A stretch of DNA of 64,000 nucleotides from Verrucomicrobiota bacterium (GTDB taxonomy: Bacteria; Verrucomicrobiota; Verrucomicrobiia; Opitutales; Seribacteraceae), in NCBI GenBank assembly GCA_027622665.1, contig JAQBYT010000011.1, positions 1 through 64,000 of the forward strand, given 5' to 3'. Below the pieces are notes generated by a model. It had not been told where the DNA came from, ran no database searches, and worked only from the letters and a program-made list of their open reading frames with translations. Shown piece by piece: positions 38,767-49,249 of this stretch. A program made the translations under genes and the position numbers. Each line of letters begins with the position of its first letter. The first letter of the stretch is position 1.

Positions 38767-39042
38767 ATGTCATTTACAAAAGTAGAACTCAGTTCTCAAG
38801 AGTGGCTAATTGCCATCGACGCATCTTCCTTTGGTCCGGAAGAATGGGAAGAAGCGGCATCCCATCTCCTCGAAAAACTTAATTCGGGAAAACTACAAGC
38901 AACATTCCCCGAGATCAGGGAGTATTTGTCCTGCTGCGCTCAAGCCGCAATCGGGAGTTATCCGCTTCCACCTTTCGTAGAAATAGTCACAGAATTTTAC
39001 GATCAATACGGATTGGACTCGGCAAAGCCCTTGAGTGACTAA
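38767..39042 (+). CDS. Small hypothetical protein
   Basis: 91-aa ORF fills the gap between two minus-strand genes with a 4-nt convergent overlap; no motif recognised. Confidence 0.6.
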   Translation: MSFTKVELSSQEWLIAIDASSFGPEEWEEAASHLLEKLNSGKLQATFPEIREYLSCCAQAAIGSYPLPPFVEIVTEFYDQYGLDSAKPLSD

Positions 39043-39566
39043 CCTGCGCGGGCATCATGAGCTGCAGCGACGGCAACGTACTTTTCCGCCCAAGACTTTA
39101 GGGAAGCCTGCTCCTCCTCGCCAAGTGCTCTCTTCACTTTAGCAGGAACACCAGCAACCAAGCTACCCGGAGGGACCTGCATACCTTGGGGCACCAGTGA
39201 ACCGGCAGCCACTATGGAACGACGTCCGATCACTGCTCCGTCAAGAATGGTCGAATTCATGCCGATCAGGCATTCATCCTCCACCACACAGGCGTGAACG
39301 ACTGCGGCGTGACCGACAGTAACGTAGTCGCCGATGACGACGGGGAAATCGTCGGCAAGATGAATGACGGTCCCATCCTGAACGTTTGTGGCTTCTCCTA
39401 TTTGTATGAAGTTGATGTCTCCACGAAGCACGCATCCGTACCACACGCTGCTTCGAGCACCCAAACGGACATCGCCAATGACTGTAGCTCCACGGGCAAT
39501 AAAGACTTCCTCCGCCAACTGCGGTTCCTTGGAAAGAAAAAGGTCGAGCCGTTCCTGAATGGTCAT
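39039..39566 (-). CDS. Gamma carbonic anhydrase-family (hexapeptide repeat) protein
   Basis: VIGDVRLG, VLRGD, NVQDGTVIH, TVGHAAVVHAC and AGVPAK. Confidence 0.95.
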   Translation of the reverse strand: MTIQERLDLFLSKEPQLAEEVFIARGATVIGDVRLGARSSVWYGCVLRGDINFIQIGEATNVQDGTVIHLADDFPVVIGDYVTVGHAAVVHACVVEDECLIGMNSTILDGAVIGRRSIVAAGSLVPQGMQVPPGSLVAGVPAKVKRALGEEEQASLKSWAEKYVAVAAAHDARAG

Positions 39567-39687
39567 CTTACCTTATGGAAGAATCAGGTTCGGCTTGAAT
39601 TTGGAATCTACGCGACACATTCGGGAGTTTGACGTTTTCTGTTTGAGAATTCCAATACTTGTCAGTTTATACTCTATTAATATGTAT

Positions 39688-40047
39688 CTATCGATACTTA
39701 AGCTCTATTCCGAACTGTTGCCAGATATCCTCGCCTAGATGACTTTCAAAGTCTAGCTCTTCCAAAGTGATGTGGAAAGGCCATGACTTAGGGACATCAA
39801 CTCGTAGCGACCTGTACCCTTTCTTAGACACGTCAATCCAACGGGTTCCCTGAATATTGGATGGTACTCTCGCCTCTCCTCTAGCATTAGTTTTTGCTGG
39901 ACCGATGTTCATGGACAGTGAAATCGAGTAAATAAGGGCTTGGGGTATTGGCTTGCCCGTCACATCAGTCACCACAACTTTCGGCGATGCGCATCCTACA
40001 AGGAAAAGTATAAAAATAGTAGTAAGAAGATGATATGCATAACTCAC
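39688..40047 (-). CDS. Hypothetical small lipoprotein (carboxypeptidase-regulatory-like fold possible)
   Basis: Lipobox LVGC; VTDVTGKPIPQA and TNARGE pattern; visibly AT-richer than its neighbours. Confidence 0.6.
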   Translation of the reverse strand: MSYAYHLLTTIFILFLVGCASPKVVVTDVTGKPIPQALIYSISLSMNIGPAKTNARGEARVPSNIQGTRWIDVSKKGYRSLRVDVPKSWPFHITLEELDFESHLGEDIWQQFGIELKYR

Positions 40048-40108
40048 GACACTTCTTCGTTCAAACTGTCAATAATCATAGACAGTCCGTTAAGCATCAT
40101 CTACTTAC

Positions 40109-43100
40109 CTACTGACAAGCTTCGCACTCTTCGCCATTGAGCATGGCTTCTATGCTGCAGGCTTTGGCTTCAGCTTCGGTATATGACTTCTTTGCCGTAG
40201 GTTCAACAGAAACAGAATTCATTTTGGGGTCATTCTGCTTTAAATCAACAGTCGCCTTCTCGATATTCGAAGCACCGAGCGTACGCAAGTAATACGTAGT
40301 TTTGAGACCCTGTCGCCAAGCAGCACGGTACATGTGTGAGAGAGTCTTCATTTTTGCTGAACCAAGGAAGAGATTCACGGACTGGGCCTGATCTATCCAC
40401 TTCTGGCGGCGAGCTGCTGCTGCTATTACATATTCGTATGGGACATCAAATGCAGTCAAGTACTTCTGCTTAAGATCCTCGGGAATCGATTCTATATCCT
40501 TAACCTCTCCATCGAAGTACTTGAGCTGGTCGCTCATCTCCTTACCCCATAAGCCTTTAGCCTTAAGGTCGCGAACGAGATACTGATTGAGAACCATGAA
40601 GTCGCCCGACAAGTTACTCTTGACGAAAAGGTTTTTGTAAGTGGGTTCGATACATGGAGATGAGCCCATGATATTGGAAATTGTGGCAGTCGGAGCAATG
40701 GCGATAACATTGCTATTTCGCATACCATTCTTGCTAATCTTTTCTCGAACCGGAGACCAATCCATTCTACCACCTTTAGGAACCTCAATATCCTGACCTC
40801 GTTCCTTTTCGAGCAATGATATTGAATCTTGCGGCAAGATGCCACGATCCCATTTAGATCCCTTGAAACTCGCATAAGAACCTCGTTCAGCGGCGAGATC
40901 ACTGGATGCTTCATATGTATAGTAGGCAATAGCCTCCATGAATTCGTCGTTGAACTCAACGGCTTGATCAGATGCAAAAGCTATGCCTTTGACATATAGA
41001 GCGTTTTGTAAGCCCATGACACCCAGCCCAATGGGACGGTGACGATTGTTCGAAGTCTTCGCCGCCTCAGTTGGGTAAAAGTTTACATCGATTACATTGT
41101 CGAGCGCCCTCACGGCTATTTGTATGGTCTCTCGCATCTTTTTGTGATCGAGAGAACCGTCGGGCTTGAGGTGAGAATCCAGAACAATCGAGCCTAGGTT
41201 GCACACGGCAGTCTCATCGTGACCGGTATTAAGAGTTATTTCCGTGCAAAGATTCGAACTGTGTATGACCCCAACGTGATCCTGAGGACTGCGAACGTTA
41301 CAAGTGTCCTTGAAGGTGATCCATGGATGCCCCGTCTCGAAAAGCACCTTGAGCATTTGCTTCCAAAGATCGATCGCCGGAATCTGCTCGCTCCAGAGTT
41401 CACCACTTTCAGCCTTTGCTTCGTACTCGATGTACTTTTCATCAAACTCTCGTCCGTAAATCTCGTGGAGATCCGGCACTTCGTTGCTTCGAAACAGGGT
41501 CCACTTTTCTCGAGACTCCATCCGCTTCATGAACAGATCGGGAATCCAATTGGCAGTGTTCATGTCGTGGGTGCGACGACGTTCATCCCCGGTATTCCGA
41601 CGAAGTTCGAGAAACTCCAAGATGTCGTTGTGCCATGTTTCAAGATAGGCACAACCCGAACCCTTCCGCTTGCCGCCTTGGTTTACCGCACAGAGTTGAT
41701 CGTTGTGTAATTTGAGAAAGGGAATGACTCCCTGGCTATCCCCATTCGTACCTTGAATATAGCTGCCTGTACCGCGAACGGATGTCCAACTGCCACCCAA
41801 TCCCCCGGCCCACTTTGAAAGAAATGCGTTTTCCGCAATCCCTCGATACATTATAGACTCAATCGTGTCGTCCACCTTGTAGAGATAGCAGGAAGAGAGC
41901 TGCGAATGCAGGGTGCCGGAGTTAAAAAGAGTCGGTGTCGACGAGCAGAAACGACGACTTTTGTACAAGTTGTATAGATCGATGGCTTTTTGCTCAGCAT
42001 TGTCTTCCTCGTGAGCAAAAAGGCCCATGGCCACGCGCATCCAGAAAAATTGAGGACTCTCCAATCGACGAGGAGTGGCAGAGGTCTTGTCGACAATTAG
42101 GTAACGATCGTAAAGGGTTTGGATGCCAAGATAATCAAAATCCAAGTCTGCGGAAGGGTCTAGGGCAGCCGACAATTGGTCGAGGTCATAGTCACAAAGT
42201 TTCGGATCAAGACGGTCGATCTCTACCCCTCGCTTCAGGTATGCTTTGAACGCTCGCTGATGAAACGTCTTAAGTTGTTCATGGGTGTTGTCCGCCACAT
42301 TCCAACCCAAGACTTCCTCGTAAACGTAGCTCAGGAGGATTCGCGCGGCAAACTTGGCAAAATCCGCATCTCGCTCGATGAGAACCTTTGAGTTGAGAAT
42401 AATGGTGGTCTTAAGATCGCCCTCCTCGATTTCCGAGAAAACGGAACGACGCAGTTCTTCTTCAATCTGGTCGGGAGTAAGACAAAGAGTTAGCCCAATG
42501 GAAGCAAATTCGATTCGTTTTTTCAGGTCGACGCCATCCCAGAAAAAAGTGCTTCCGTCGGCCTTTTGGACCACGATCATGGAATCCTGCTTGATCTCGG
42601 GAAAAGGATTCCGTGAATCTCTTTCCACCCGGCGGCGGGCTCGGTAGAGGATATATGCTTCGGCCACCTTGAAGTGTCCCATCCGCATCAGTTCCTCTTG
42701 AACGAGATCCTGAACGTCCTCGATATTGATGTAGTTTTGTCCTGTGGACAAAGCCTTGCGAGTAACCTCCGCTGAAACCTTAACGGCAGATTCTGAATCA
42801 AAACGAAGTGAAAGGAAAGCCTTTCGAACAGCTACTTCAATCTTGCTGAGACTCCACGGTACGACTTGACCGTTACGGCGGATCAGGCGGAGCGCGGGTG
42901 CGGCGACACTTGAATCAGTTCCGCCGCGACCCGACTTGCTCCCTCCATTGGAACGAGAAAAAACGAGGCTTTTGGCCACATCGTAAGCATCGTTCTCCAC
43001 AAGGACCTTCTCGATAAGTCGATACAGTTCCTCGTAGGTCACACGATCCGAATCGTTATTCTCGTCGCCTATTGCGCGCTCGACCAAACGATCAGCGACA

Positions 43101-43393
43101 CCCCGGGTCGACTCCACCACGAGTTCCCGGTTCTTTTCGTTGTATATATCTTCTTCTTCCCGTGAGATCATCAGGTCGGTCAACGCCTCCCCGATAACCT
43201 CAGCCACCTCCGCGAACTCAAAATCGCGATCACCCGCACCATCATCAATTCGTACCTTCGGCACCTCGAAACTATTATCGCCAAGCGCCCCAGCCCAGTC
43301 GAAACTAGGCTTTTGGTCACGAGGTATTTCGGAAATTTTCTCCAAGATACGATCTTCTTCAAAGGTTAAATTACGCATAGACTCCACTCTCAC
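40109..43393 (-). CDS. nrdA: Ribonucleoside-diphosphate reductase class I alpha subunit with multiple ATP-cone-like domains
   Basis: STPTLFNSG, LSSCYL, SSNLCTEI, AVCNLGS, APTATIS, KTTYYLR and terminal CEACQ. Confidence 0.97.
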   Translation of the reverse strand: MRVESMRNLTFEEDRILEKISEIPRDQKPSFDWAGALGDNSFEVPKVRIDDGAGDRDFEFAEVAEVIGEALTDLMISREEEDIYNEKNRELVVESTRGVADRLVERAIGDENNDSDRVTYEELYRLIEKVLVENDAYDVAKSLVFSRSNGGSKSGRGGTDSSVAAPALRLIRRNGQVVPWSLSKIEVAVRKAFLSLRFDSESAVKVSAEVTRKALSTGQNYINIEDVQDLVQEELMRMGHFKVAEAYILYRARRRVERDSRNPFPEIKQDSMIVVQKADGSTFFWDGVDLKKRIEFASIGLTLCLTPDQIEEELRRSVFSEIEEGDLKTTIILNSKVLIERDADFAKFAARILLSYVYEEVLGWNVADNTHEQLKTFHQRAFKAYLKRGVEIDRLDPKLCDYDLDQLSAALDPSADLDFDYLGIQTLYDRYLIVDKTSATPRRLESPQFFWMRVAMGLFAHEEDNAEQKAIDLYNLYKSRRFCSSTPTLFNSGTLHSQLSSCYLYKVDDTIESIMYRGIAENAFLSKWAGGLGGSWTSVRGTGSYIQGTNGDSQGVIPFLKLHNDQLCAVNQGGKRKGSGCAYLETWHNDILEFLELRRNTGDERRRTHDMNTANWIPDLFMKRMESREKWTLFRSNEVPDLHEIYGREFDEKYIEYEAKAESGELWSEQIPAIDLWKQMLKVLFETGHPWITFKDTCNVRSPQDHVGVIHSSNLCTEITLNTGHDETAVCNLGSIVLDSHLKPDGSLDHKKMRETIQIAVRALDNVIDVNFYPTEAAKTSNNRHRPIGLGVMGLQNALYVKGIAFASDQAVEFNDEFMEAIAYYTYEASSDLAAERGSYASFKGSKWDRGILPQDSISLLEKERGQDIEVPKGGRMDWSPVREKISKNGMRNSNVIAIAPTATISNIMGSSPCIEPTYKNLFVKSNLSGDFMVLNQYLVRDLKAKGLWGKEMSDQLKYFDGEVKDIESIPEDLKQKYLTAFDVPYEYVIAAAARRQKWIDQAQSVNLFLGSAKMKTLSHMYRAAWRQGLKTTYYLRTLGASNIEKATVDLKQNDPKMNSVSVEPTAKKSYTEAEAKACSIEAMLNGEECEACQ

Positions 43394-43432
43394 AGTTTAT
43401 TGTATGTTTCAGCCAGTAGGATTGTAATCGAA

Positions 43433-44518
43433 TCAGAGCTCATCGTCGGAAACTTCGCCCAACGATGATGCTTTCCGATATTCAGTCACCGTACCCTCAA
43501 AGAAATTTTGCTCCTTCGATACATCCATCATCTCAGCCAACCAAGGAAAGGGATTTGTCGCCGATGGATTCAAAGGTTCCAAACCAACGCCGTTTAGCCG
43601 ACGATCAGCAATGTAGTCAATGTACTGGCAAAACTCTTCCGCACTTAGACCAACAGAGTTTTCCGGCAGACAATCCTTTATGAAATCCTTTTCCAAGTCC
43701 ACGGCTTCAACCATCAAGTCGGTCAATTCTTTCTGGAAATCGGGAGTCCAAATCTCTGGGTTTTCATCAATCAAGGCCCGAAACAAATTACGTAGATTTT
43801 CGATATGGTTGGACTCATCTCGCAAAGTATAGCGAAACATCGTGCCAATCCCGGGAAACTTATTCTGCCTGTAGAGGCTTAGAATCATACCGAAAAGCCC
43901 ATAAAACTGTGTGCCTTCCATGCATTGGCCAAAAACAAATATATTTTTCGCAAATTCTTTTTTTTCAGAAACTTGCGTCAAATCCATATCCCTACGCAAA
44001 CCTTTGGAAACTTTGGTCACGAAATCGTTTTTTCGATGAATGCTTTCGACCTGCTCGAACATTGCCTCGCATTCGTGAGGATTGATGCCCAGTGAGCTAA
44101 TCATATACAATAGGCTATCCGCATGGATGTTCTCCTCGTGAGCGTGTCGCCCAAGCACGAGCTTGAGTTCGGGAGCAGTTACCAACTCGCGAATCACATG
44201 CTGCATATTGTCCCCTACTATTCCTTCCGCCGCCGAGAAGTAACCTATGCCCATCATAATTATCCAACGCTCGCTTTCGCTCAGCTCAAACTGGCTTTTC
44301 CATTGCTCGACATCTCTTTGCATTGAGACTTCCTCGGGTTCCCAGTGGTTTGCCTTCATCTTTCGATAGAGATCATAGGCCCACGGGTACTTGAGCGGCA
44401 ACAAATTGAAAGCCATGGTATCCCGCCCATTAATCACCCGCTTGCCCTCGTAGGCAGCGATCGCCTTGCTTTCGTCTAAAACAAAAACTTTTTCCCCGAT
44501 TTTATATGTCTTTTCCAT
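43433..44518 (-). CDS. nrdB: Ribonucleotide reductase beta subunit, class Ic-like
   Basis: LKYPWA, HWEPEEV, SAAEGIV, EENIH, MEGTQFY, RDESNH and NFFE. Confidence 0.95.
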   Translation of the reverse strand: MEKTYKIGEKVFVLDESKAIAAYEGKRVINGRDTMAFNLLPLKYPWAYDLYRKMKANHWEPEEVSMQRDVEQWKSQFELSESERWIIMMGIGYFSAAEGIVGDNMQHVIRELVTAPELKLVLGRHAHEENIHADSLLYMISSLGINPHECEAMFEQVESIHRKNDFVTKVSKGLRRDMDLTQVSEKKEFAKNIFVFGQCMEGTQFYGLFGMILSLYRQNKFPGIGTMFRYTLRDESNHIENLRNLFRALIDENPEIWTPDFQKELTDLMVEAVDLEKDFIKDCLPENSVGLSAEEFCQYIDYIADRRLNGVGLEPLNPSATNPFPWLAEMMDVSKEQNFFEGTVTEYRKASSLGEVSDDEL

Positions 44519-44717
44519 GGCTTTAGCTCTCTATCTTTCGGTGGATTTGACTACTGATTCCACCATTTTAATCATTTTTCGCATTAATTCTATCTAAGTT
44601 CTGTCGAATGTAACACGATAGATTCGCAAACAATTCGCCGTTAGGAAATTGCACCATGAGTTGGCCGGAAGGAAAAGAAAAGAAAAAAAGAAGAAAAAAT
44701 GAAATTCGGGACAACTC

Positions 44718-44765
44718 ACACAATATACATGGTCTAACTCTTTCCGTAAATACTATATATAGGCT
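44718..44765. promoter_or_regulatory. Tandem NrdR-box-like sites upstream of nrdBA
   Basis: atactatatataggct (44750-44765) fits the consensus acaCwAtATaTwGtgt well; acacaatatacatggt (44718-44733) is a weaker match 32 bp away. Confidence 0.7.
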
Positions 44766-44986
44766 TGTGCGTGATTTTTGGTAATTTCGTGAAAATCAAA
44801 ACATGGAAATCCAGGCCCTTTAAAAGGCATCTTAGTCAAGCCATTTTATTGACCCTTTCGCAAGAAAAAGTTGTTCCAAATTGTCCCCGCCTTCTCCCGG
44901 AGTTGTTCACATCGGGCTTCTCGAGGCTAACGCTTGCGAAACAAGTGCCTCTCGCAGGCAAAACAAACTTAAATCACAACGGCTAT

Positions 44987-46300
44987 TCAGACCCAGTCGT
45001 GCAATGGAGCAAGCGGACCTTGGCAATTATTACCCTCGATCCTCGCTAAAACTTCTCCGAGAAGGTAAATCGATCCGGTAACGACAAACGGAACGTCGTC
45101 TGTTTCCACAGATTTAGAGAGAGGGAACTCGCGTACAACAGTAGAGCGGATAACTTTTCCGGAAAACCCTTGGGGTATCGCGTCCTCCAAGATCTCGTAG
45201 GAACAGGCACGGGGTTGACTCGGGACAAGTAGACGAATTTCTCGAGCATAAAGGGCAACTACGTTCATCAGATCTCTCGCTCGATCTGCTCCTAAGGTTC
45301 CGACCAGCACCACGGGCTTTTCTCCCAAACCCTGAAGATGTTCGTCCAGGCACCGGCAACCCTCGGCATTGTGGGTAGCATCAAGAATAACCGTCCTCCC
45401 ACATACCTCTATTTCTTGCCAACGCCCGGGCCATTGGACTTCGACAAGAGCATTGCGGCATTTCGACATTTGCAAAGCAAAACGATCGCGTAATAATTCG
45501 CAGGTGGCGATGGTCACGGCGCCATTTCTTCTCTGATAAGACCCTGCGAGAGAAGTCTTGGGCAATTCCATGCCAAGAAGCCGAGAAGTCACAATCACTC
45601 GGCATTCAAGATCCGCGGCTATTTCGTGCACAACGGCTTCAGCTTCCTCGGGCAACCATCCCAGGACCACTGGTTTGCGCATTTTGAGAATGCCGGCTTT
45701 TTCGCGAGCAATGGAAGCGATGTCATGACCTAGAATATCGCAATGGTCCAATCCTATCGAAGTGATTACGGACACGACCGGATCAACAATATTGGTCGCA
45801 TCCAGTCTCCCCCCCAAACCTGTTTCCACAATAGCGACGTCCACCTGATCACGAGCAAAGACATGAAAGGCCATTGCAGCGATAAACTCAAAAAAAGTGG
45901 GATATAATTCAGGCGAACGAAGTAAACCCTGATCAGCGAGCGGACGCATCCATTCGACACATTCAACGATTTCTTGATCAGAAATGGCTTGGCCGTCGAC
46001 CCGAATGCGTTCACCAAGTCGTACCAAGTGAGGAGAAGTAAAAAGTCCTGTCTTAAACCCGTTCGCTCGAAAACATGCTTCCAGCATAGCGCAAACGGAG
46101 CCTTTGCCGTTAGTTCCTGCAACGTGGATGACTGGATATTGTCGTTCCGGATGCCCCAAAAGTCGGGCAAAGGCCTTCATCCGATCAATCCCAAAAGTAG
46201 ACCCGCGATTTCGCAGGCCAAACAAAAAGCTTACGGCGTCCTCGATCGAGGTAGGCAATCTAGGAACCGGTTCGCCGGCTTCGCGATGGATTCTTGCCAT
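44987..46300 (-). CDS. folC: Folylpolyglutamate synthase/dihydrofolate synthase
   Basis: [38 protein letters not shown] and TGSIYL. Start chosen at ATG 46300. Confidence 0.95.
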   Translation of the reverse strand: MARIHREAGEPVPRLPTSIEDAVSFLFGLRNRGSTFGIDRMKAFARLLGHPERQYPVIHVAGTNGKGSVCAMLEACFRANGFKTGLFTSPHLVRLGERIRVDGQAISDQEIVECVEWMRPLADQGLLRSPELYPTFFEFIAAMAFHVFARDQVDVAIVETGLGGRLDATNIVDPVVSVITSIGLDHCDILGHDIASIAREKAGILKMRKPVVLGWLPEEAEAVVHEIAADLECRVIVTSRLLGMELPKTSLAGSYQRRNGAVTIATCELLRDRFALQMSKCRNALVEVQWPGRWQEIEVCGRTVILDATHNAEGCRCLDEHLQGLGEKPVVLVGTLGADRARDLMNVVALYAREIRLLVPSQPRACSYEILEDAIPQGFSGKVIRSTVVREFPLSKSVETDDVPFVVTGSIYLLGEVLARIEGNNCQGPLAPLHDWV

Positions 46301-47234
46301 TCTTAGAGGCAGAAACTTTGGCGGGGGACTTGGTTTTGGCGGCCGAACGTTTCTTTGCTGTGGGTTTGGGTTTAGCAGAAGACTTGTGATGCGTGCCACA
46401 AAATAGATTCAGCAAGTTGCTGATACGTCCACGAAGTTCATGTCGTGAAACAATTTGGTCGATGAGACCTCGATCTAATAGAAATTCTGCAGTCTGGAAG
46501 CCCTCCGGTAAATCTGCTTGAGTGGTTTCCTTGATTACTCGACGACCGGCAAAACCTACGAGAGCTCCGGGTTCTGAAATAATAACGTCTCCCAAAGAAG
46601 CAAAGCTGGCCATAACTCCGGCCATGGTGGGATTAGTAAGCACCGAGACGTAAGGCAGCTTGGCTTTGGCAAGCTTGGACAGAGCTGCACTGGTCTTAGC
46701 CATTTGCATGAGGCTCAAAATACCCTCGTACATACGAGCCCCACCCGAGGCAGAAACGATTATCACGGGCATACTCTCCTCGAGTCCACGTTCGATTGCG
46801 CGCGTAATTTTTTCCCCCACGACAGAGCCCATGCTGCCACCAAGAAAACGAAAGTCCATAACGGCCAGGCTTACCTCGCGGTCGTTCATTTTACCCACGC
46901 CACAAAGTACGGCATCCGGCATGCCGACTTTCTTAATGTTTGCCGCTAGTTTATCTTTATAGGAAGCCGCTCCTATGAAATTCAGTGGATCCTTGGAGGA
47001 AACGCCGGCGTCACACTCGACGAAAGTATCCTTGTCCAACAGCGATTCCACTCGGTCAGGTGCGTGCAAGGGAAAATGATACCCACTGGCGGGAACGACC
47101 ATTAGGTTTTTCTTGAGGTCCTTGACGTAGACCATTTCCCCTGAGCTGGGACATTTGGTCCACATGCCCTTGGGAATACTGTCTCTGGACCTGGCCTTTA
47201 CCGTAGAATATTTAGGTTTTGAAAAAATAGCCAT
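46260..47234 (-). CDS. accD: Acetyl-CoA carboxylase carboxyltransferase beta subunit
   Basis: [33 protein letters not shown] and [11 protein letters not shown]. Confidence 0.97.
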   Translation of the reverse strand: MAIFSKPKYSTVKARSRDSIPKGMWTKCPSSGEMVYVKDLKKNLMVVPASGYHFPLHAPDRVESLLDKDTFVECDAGVSSKDPLNFIGAASYKDKLAANIKKVGMPDAVLCGVGKMNDREVSLAVMDFRFLGGSMGSVVGEKITRAIERGLEESMPVIIVSASGGARMYEGILSLMQMAKTSAALSKLAKAKLPYVSVLTNPTMAGVMASFASLGDVIISEPGALVGFAGRRVIKETTQADLPEGFQTAEFLLDRGLIDQIVSRHELRGRISNLLNLFCGTHHKSSAKPKPTAKKRSAAKTKSPAKVSASKNGKNPSRSRRTGS

Positions 47235-47257
47235 GATTCAAAGTTCGTTACTGGATT

Positions 47258-47998
47258 TTAACCGTGACCGAGAGTTGCAACGTCTACCTGCTCCAATCCA
47301 GCTTCGAGAAGGACTCCGGCACAAGCGTCAAGAGTTGAGCCTGTAGTGAAAACATCATCAACAACCACATATCTTCTGCTCTTATCCAAGCGCGTTCTTG
47401 GTTTAAGAGCAAAGGCATTTTTGACATTTGCCATACGAGCCTCTCGACTGAGACGAGTTTGAGTACGAGTATTACGGGTCCGGACAAGGACTTGCTCGAC
47501 ATTCAATCGTATATCAAAGCACGCAGAAAGAGCTTCCGCAATCCAAGCGCTTTGGTTGTAGCCACGGGCTCGCAAGCGTCGCCGATGCAAAGGTACGGGC
47601 ACCAAGACCGCGTCTTTCAAGTGATGGAGAAAGTCGGGACTGTGTTGCAACAGTGCCGGCAAATCACCCAAAAGCGAACGATCACCATGATATTTGACGT
47701 CATGAATGAAACTCCTACCCACTCCGGTCGAAAGAAACAGGGCCCGACCCTTGGCGAAAGAAGGTTGCAAATCCCTGCAGTGGGGACAGTGGCGAGCGAC
47801 CAGGTCCACGCCGGGCGATGGCAAACCGCAACGATCACAAAATGGGCGACGTATCCAGTGAATATTTCCGGCGCACAATTCGCAAACTCGCCGAAAAGGG
47901 CCGTCCTCGACAGGTTCTCCGCATCCGGGGCAATCACCCGGCATCAATATCTCGAGCAGGGCTTGGCCTGTCTGAAGAACAAACTGCGGAAAGTTCAT
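47258..47998 (-). CDS. comF: ComF-family double zinc ribbon / PRTase-like protein
   Basis: Four CxxC, VPVPLH, RGYNQS and VVDDVFTTGST. ATG 47998 overlaps the truA stop (ATGA). Confidence 0.9.
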   Translation of the reverse strand: MNFPQFVLQTGQALLEILMPGDCPGCGEPVEDGPFRRVCELCAGNIHWIRRPFCDRCGLPSPGVDLVARHCPHCRDLQPSFAKGRALFLSTGVGRSFIHDVKYHGDRSLLGDLPALLQHSPDFLHHLKDAVLVPVPLHRRRLRARGYNQSAWIAEALSACFDIRLNVEQVLVRTRNTRTQTRLSREARMANVKNAFALKPRTRLDKSRRYVVVDDVFTTGSTLDACAGVLLEAGLEQVDVATLGHG

Positions 47999-48771
47999 AC
48001 CTTTGGCCTTCGGTAGTACACTTTTTCCAAGCAAAGCCCTCGGGCCGGAGCGGTTTTTACGATTCGCGTTCGTTTACGACTCTCGAGCAGGTCGCGAATA
48101 TCATCCGGTTCAAGTTTACCAATCCCGACGTCGAACAAGGCTCCGGCTATGCTGCGGACCATCTTGTACAAGAAGCCACCGCCCAATGCCTTGATCTTTA
48201 TGCACTTTCCCGACCTGACGACCTCTAGTCGCCATAATTCTTTTATTGGACTCTCCACTTCGCCACGACCGCGAGAGGCTGCAAAGGAAGAAAAATCATG
48301 ACGTCCGACAAGGTGAACAGCACCTTTGCGCATGGATGCAACATCAAGTGTTCGATTATTCAACGAGTGAACATAGCGCATTTCCATGGGCAAAGCATAT
48401 CCTTCCACTGCCCGATAAACGTAATACTTGCCTCTGGCAGAACAAAGGGCGTGAAAGCTTGATGGAATCTCAACCAGTTCGAGAGGTAGGATGTCCTCGG
48501 GCAGTCGAACTCGCAACGCCTTGAGAAGCTTGTCCGAACCGTGCCGCCATGCCGCGTCGAAATGGAAAACTTGACCAAGTGCGTGAACACCTGCATCCGT
48601 TCGTCCTGCCCCTATTGTTTTTATTTTTTGGGTAAAAGTCTGTTGCAGGGCTTGCTCGATACAGCCTTGGACGGACTGCCCTTTGGGCTGTTTTTGCCAA
48701 CCACGGTAATTGGTTCCGTCGTAGGAGCAGAGACACCTCCATCGCCTGGACATGGCATTCGAATCGCTCAA
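47995..48771 (-). CDS. truA: tRNA pseudouridine(38-40) synthase
   Basis: YDGTNYRGWQ, AGRTDAGVHA, FLYKMVR and TAPARGL. Confidence 0.97.
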   Translation of the reverse strand: MSDSNAMSRRWRCLCSYDGTNYRGWQKQPKGQSVQGCIEQALQQTFTQKIKTIGAGRTDAGVHALGQVFHFDAAWRHGSDKLLKALRVRLPEDILPLELVEIPSSFHALCSARGKYYVYRAVEGYALPMEMRYVHSLNNRTLDVASMRKGAVHLVGRHDFSSFAASRGRGEVESPIKELWRLEVVRSGKCIKIKALGGGFLYKMVRSIAGALFDVGIGKLEPDDIRDLLESRKRTRIVKTAPARGLCLEKVYYRRPKV

Positions 48772-49226
48772 GGCTCAAGCTCCGGATAATCCTCGGGGTC
48801 GGGCAAAAGGAATGGGTTCCGTTCCTCCAAAAAGTCTCTCAATATCAATGTCGCGGCGGCGGAATCCAACTCGCCTGTTTCTTTTCCGGGCATTCGTTTT
48901 CGCGATGCCTTCAAGTCTTGCGCCGCGGCATGCGTAGTGAGTCGCTCGTCGACCTTACGGACAGGCAATCCGAAACGTTTCTCAAGTTCGACGACGTAAG
49001 CGTCGACCTCGCGAGCCCTCGTACCCGGAGTGCCATCCATATTCAAGGGATAACCAACTACGAGTTCGTCCGCTTGACGAATGCTTACTGCATTGTCAAG
49101 TTGCTCGAAACTGCCCTCCAACTCGACTCCGAGAATTGCGGATATGGGAATGGCAACGCCAAGCTCATCGGCAAAAGCCAATCCAATCCGCTTGCGGCCA
49201 TAGTCGATTCCAAGATAATTGGTCAT
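48768..49226 (-). CDS. ruvX: YqgF/RuvX family nuclease
   Basis: LGIDYGRKRIGLA, VVGYP.NMDG, VDERLTT and DSAAA. Confidence 0.95.
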   Translation of the reverse strand: MTNYLGIDYGRKRIGLAFADELGVAIPISAILGVELEGSFEQLDNAVSIRQADELVVGYPLNMDGTPGTRAREVDAYVVELEKRFGLPVRKVDERLTTHAAAQDLKASRKRMPGKETGELDSAAATLILRDFLEERNPFLLPDPEDYPELEP

Positions 49227-49249
49227 GGGACAGGAACTAGCAAAACGAA

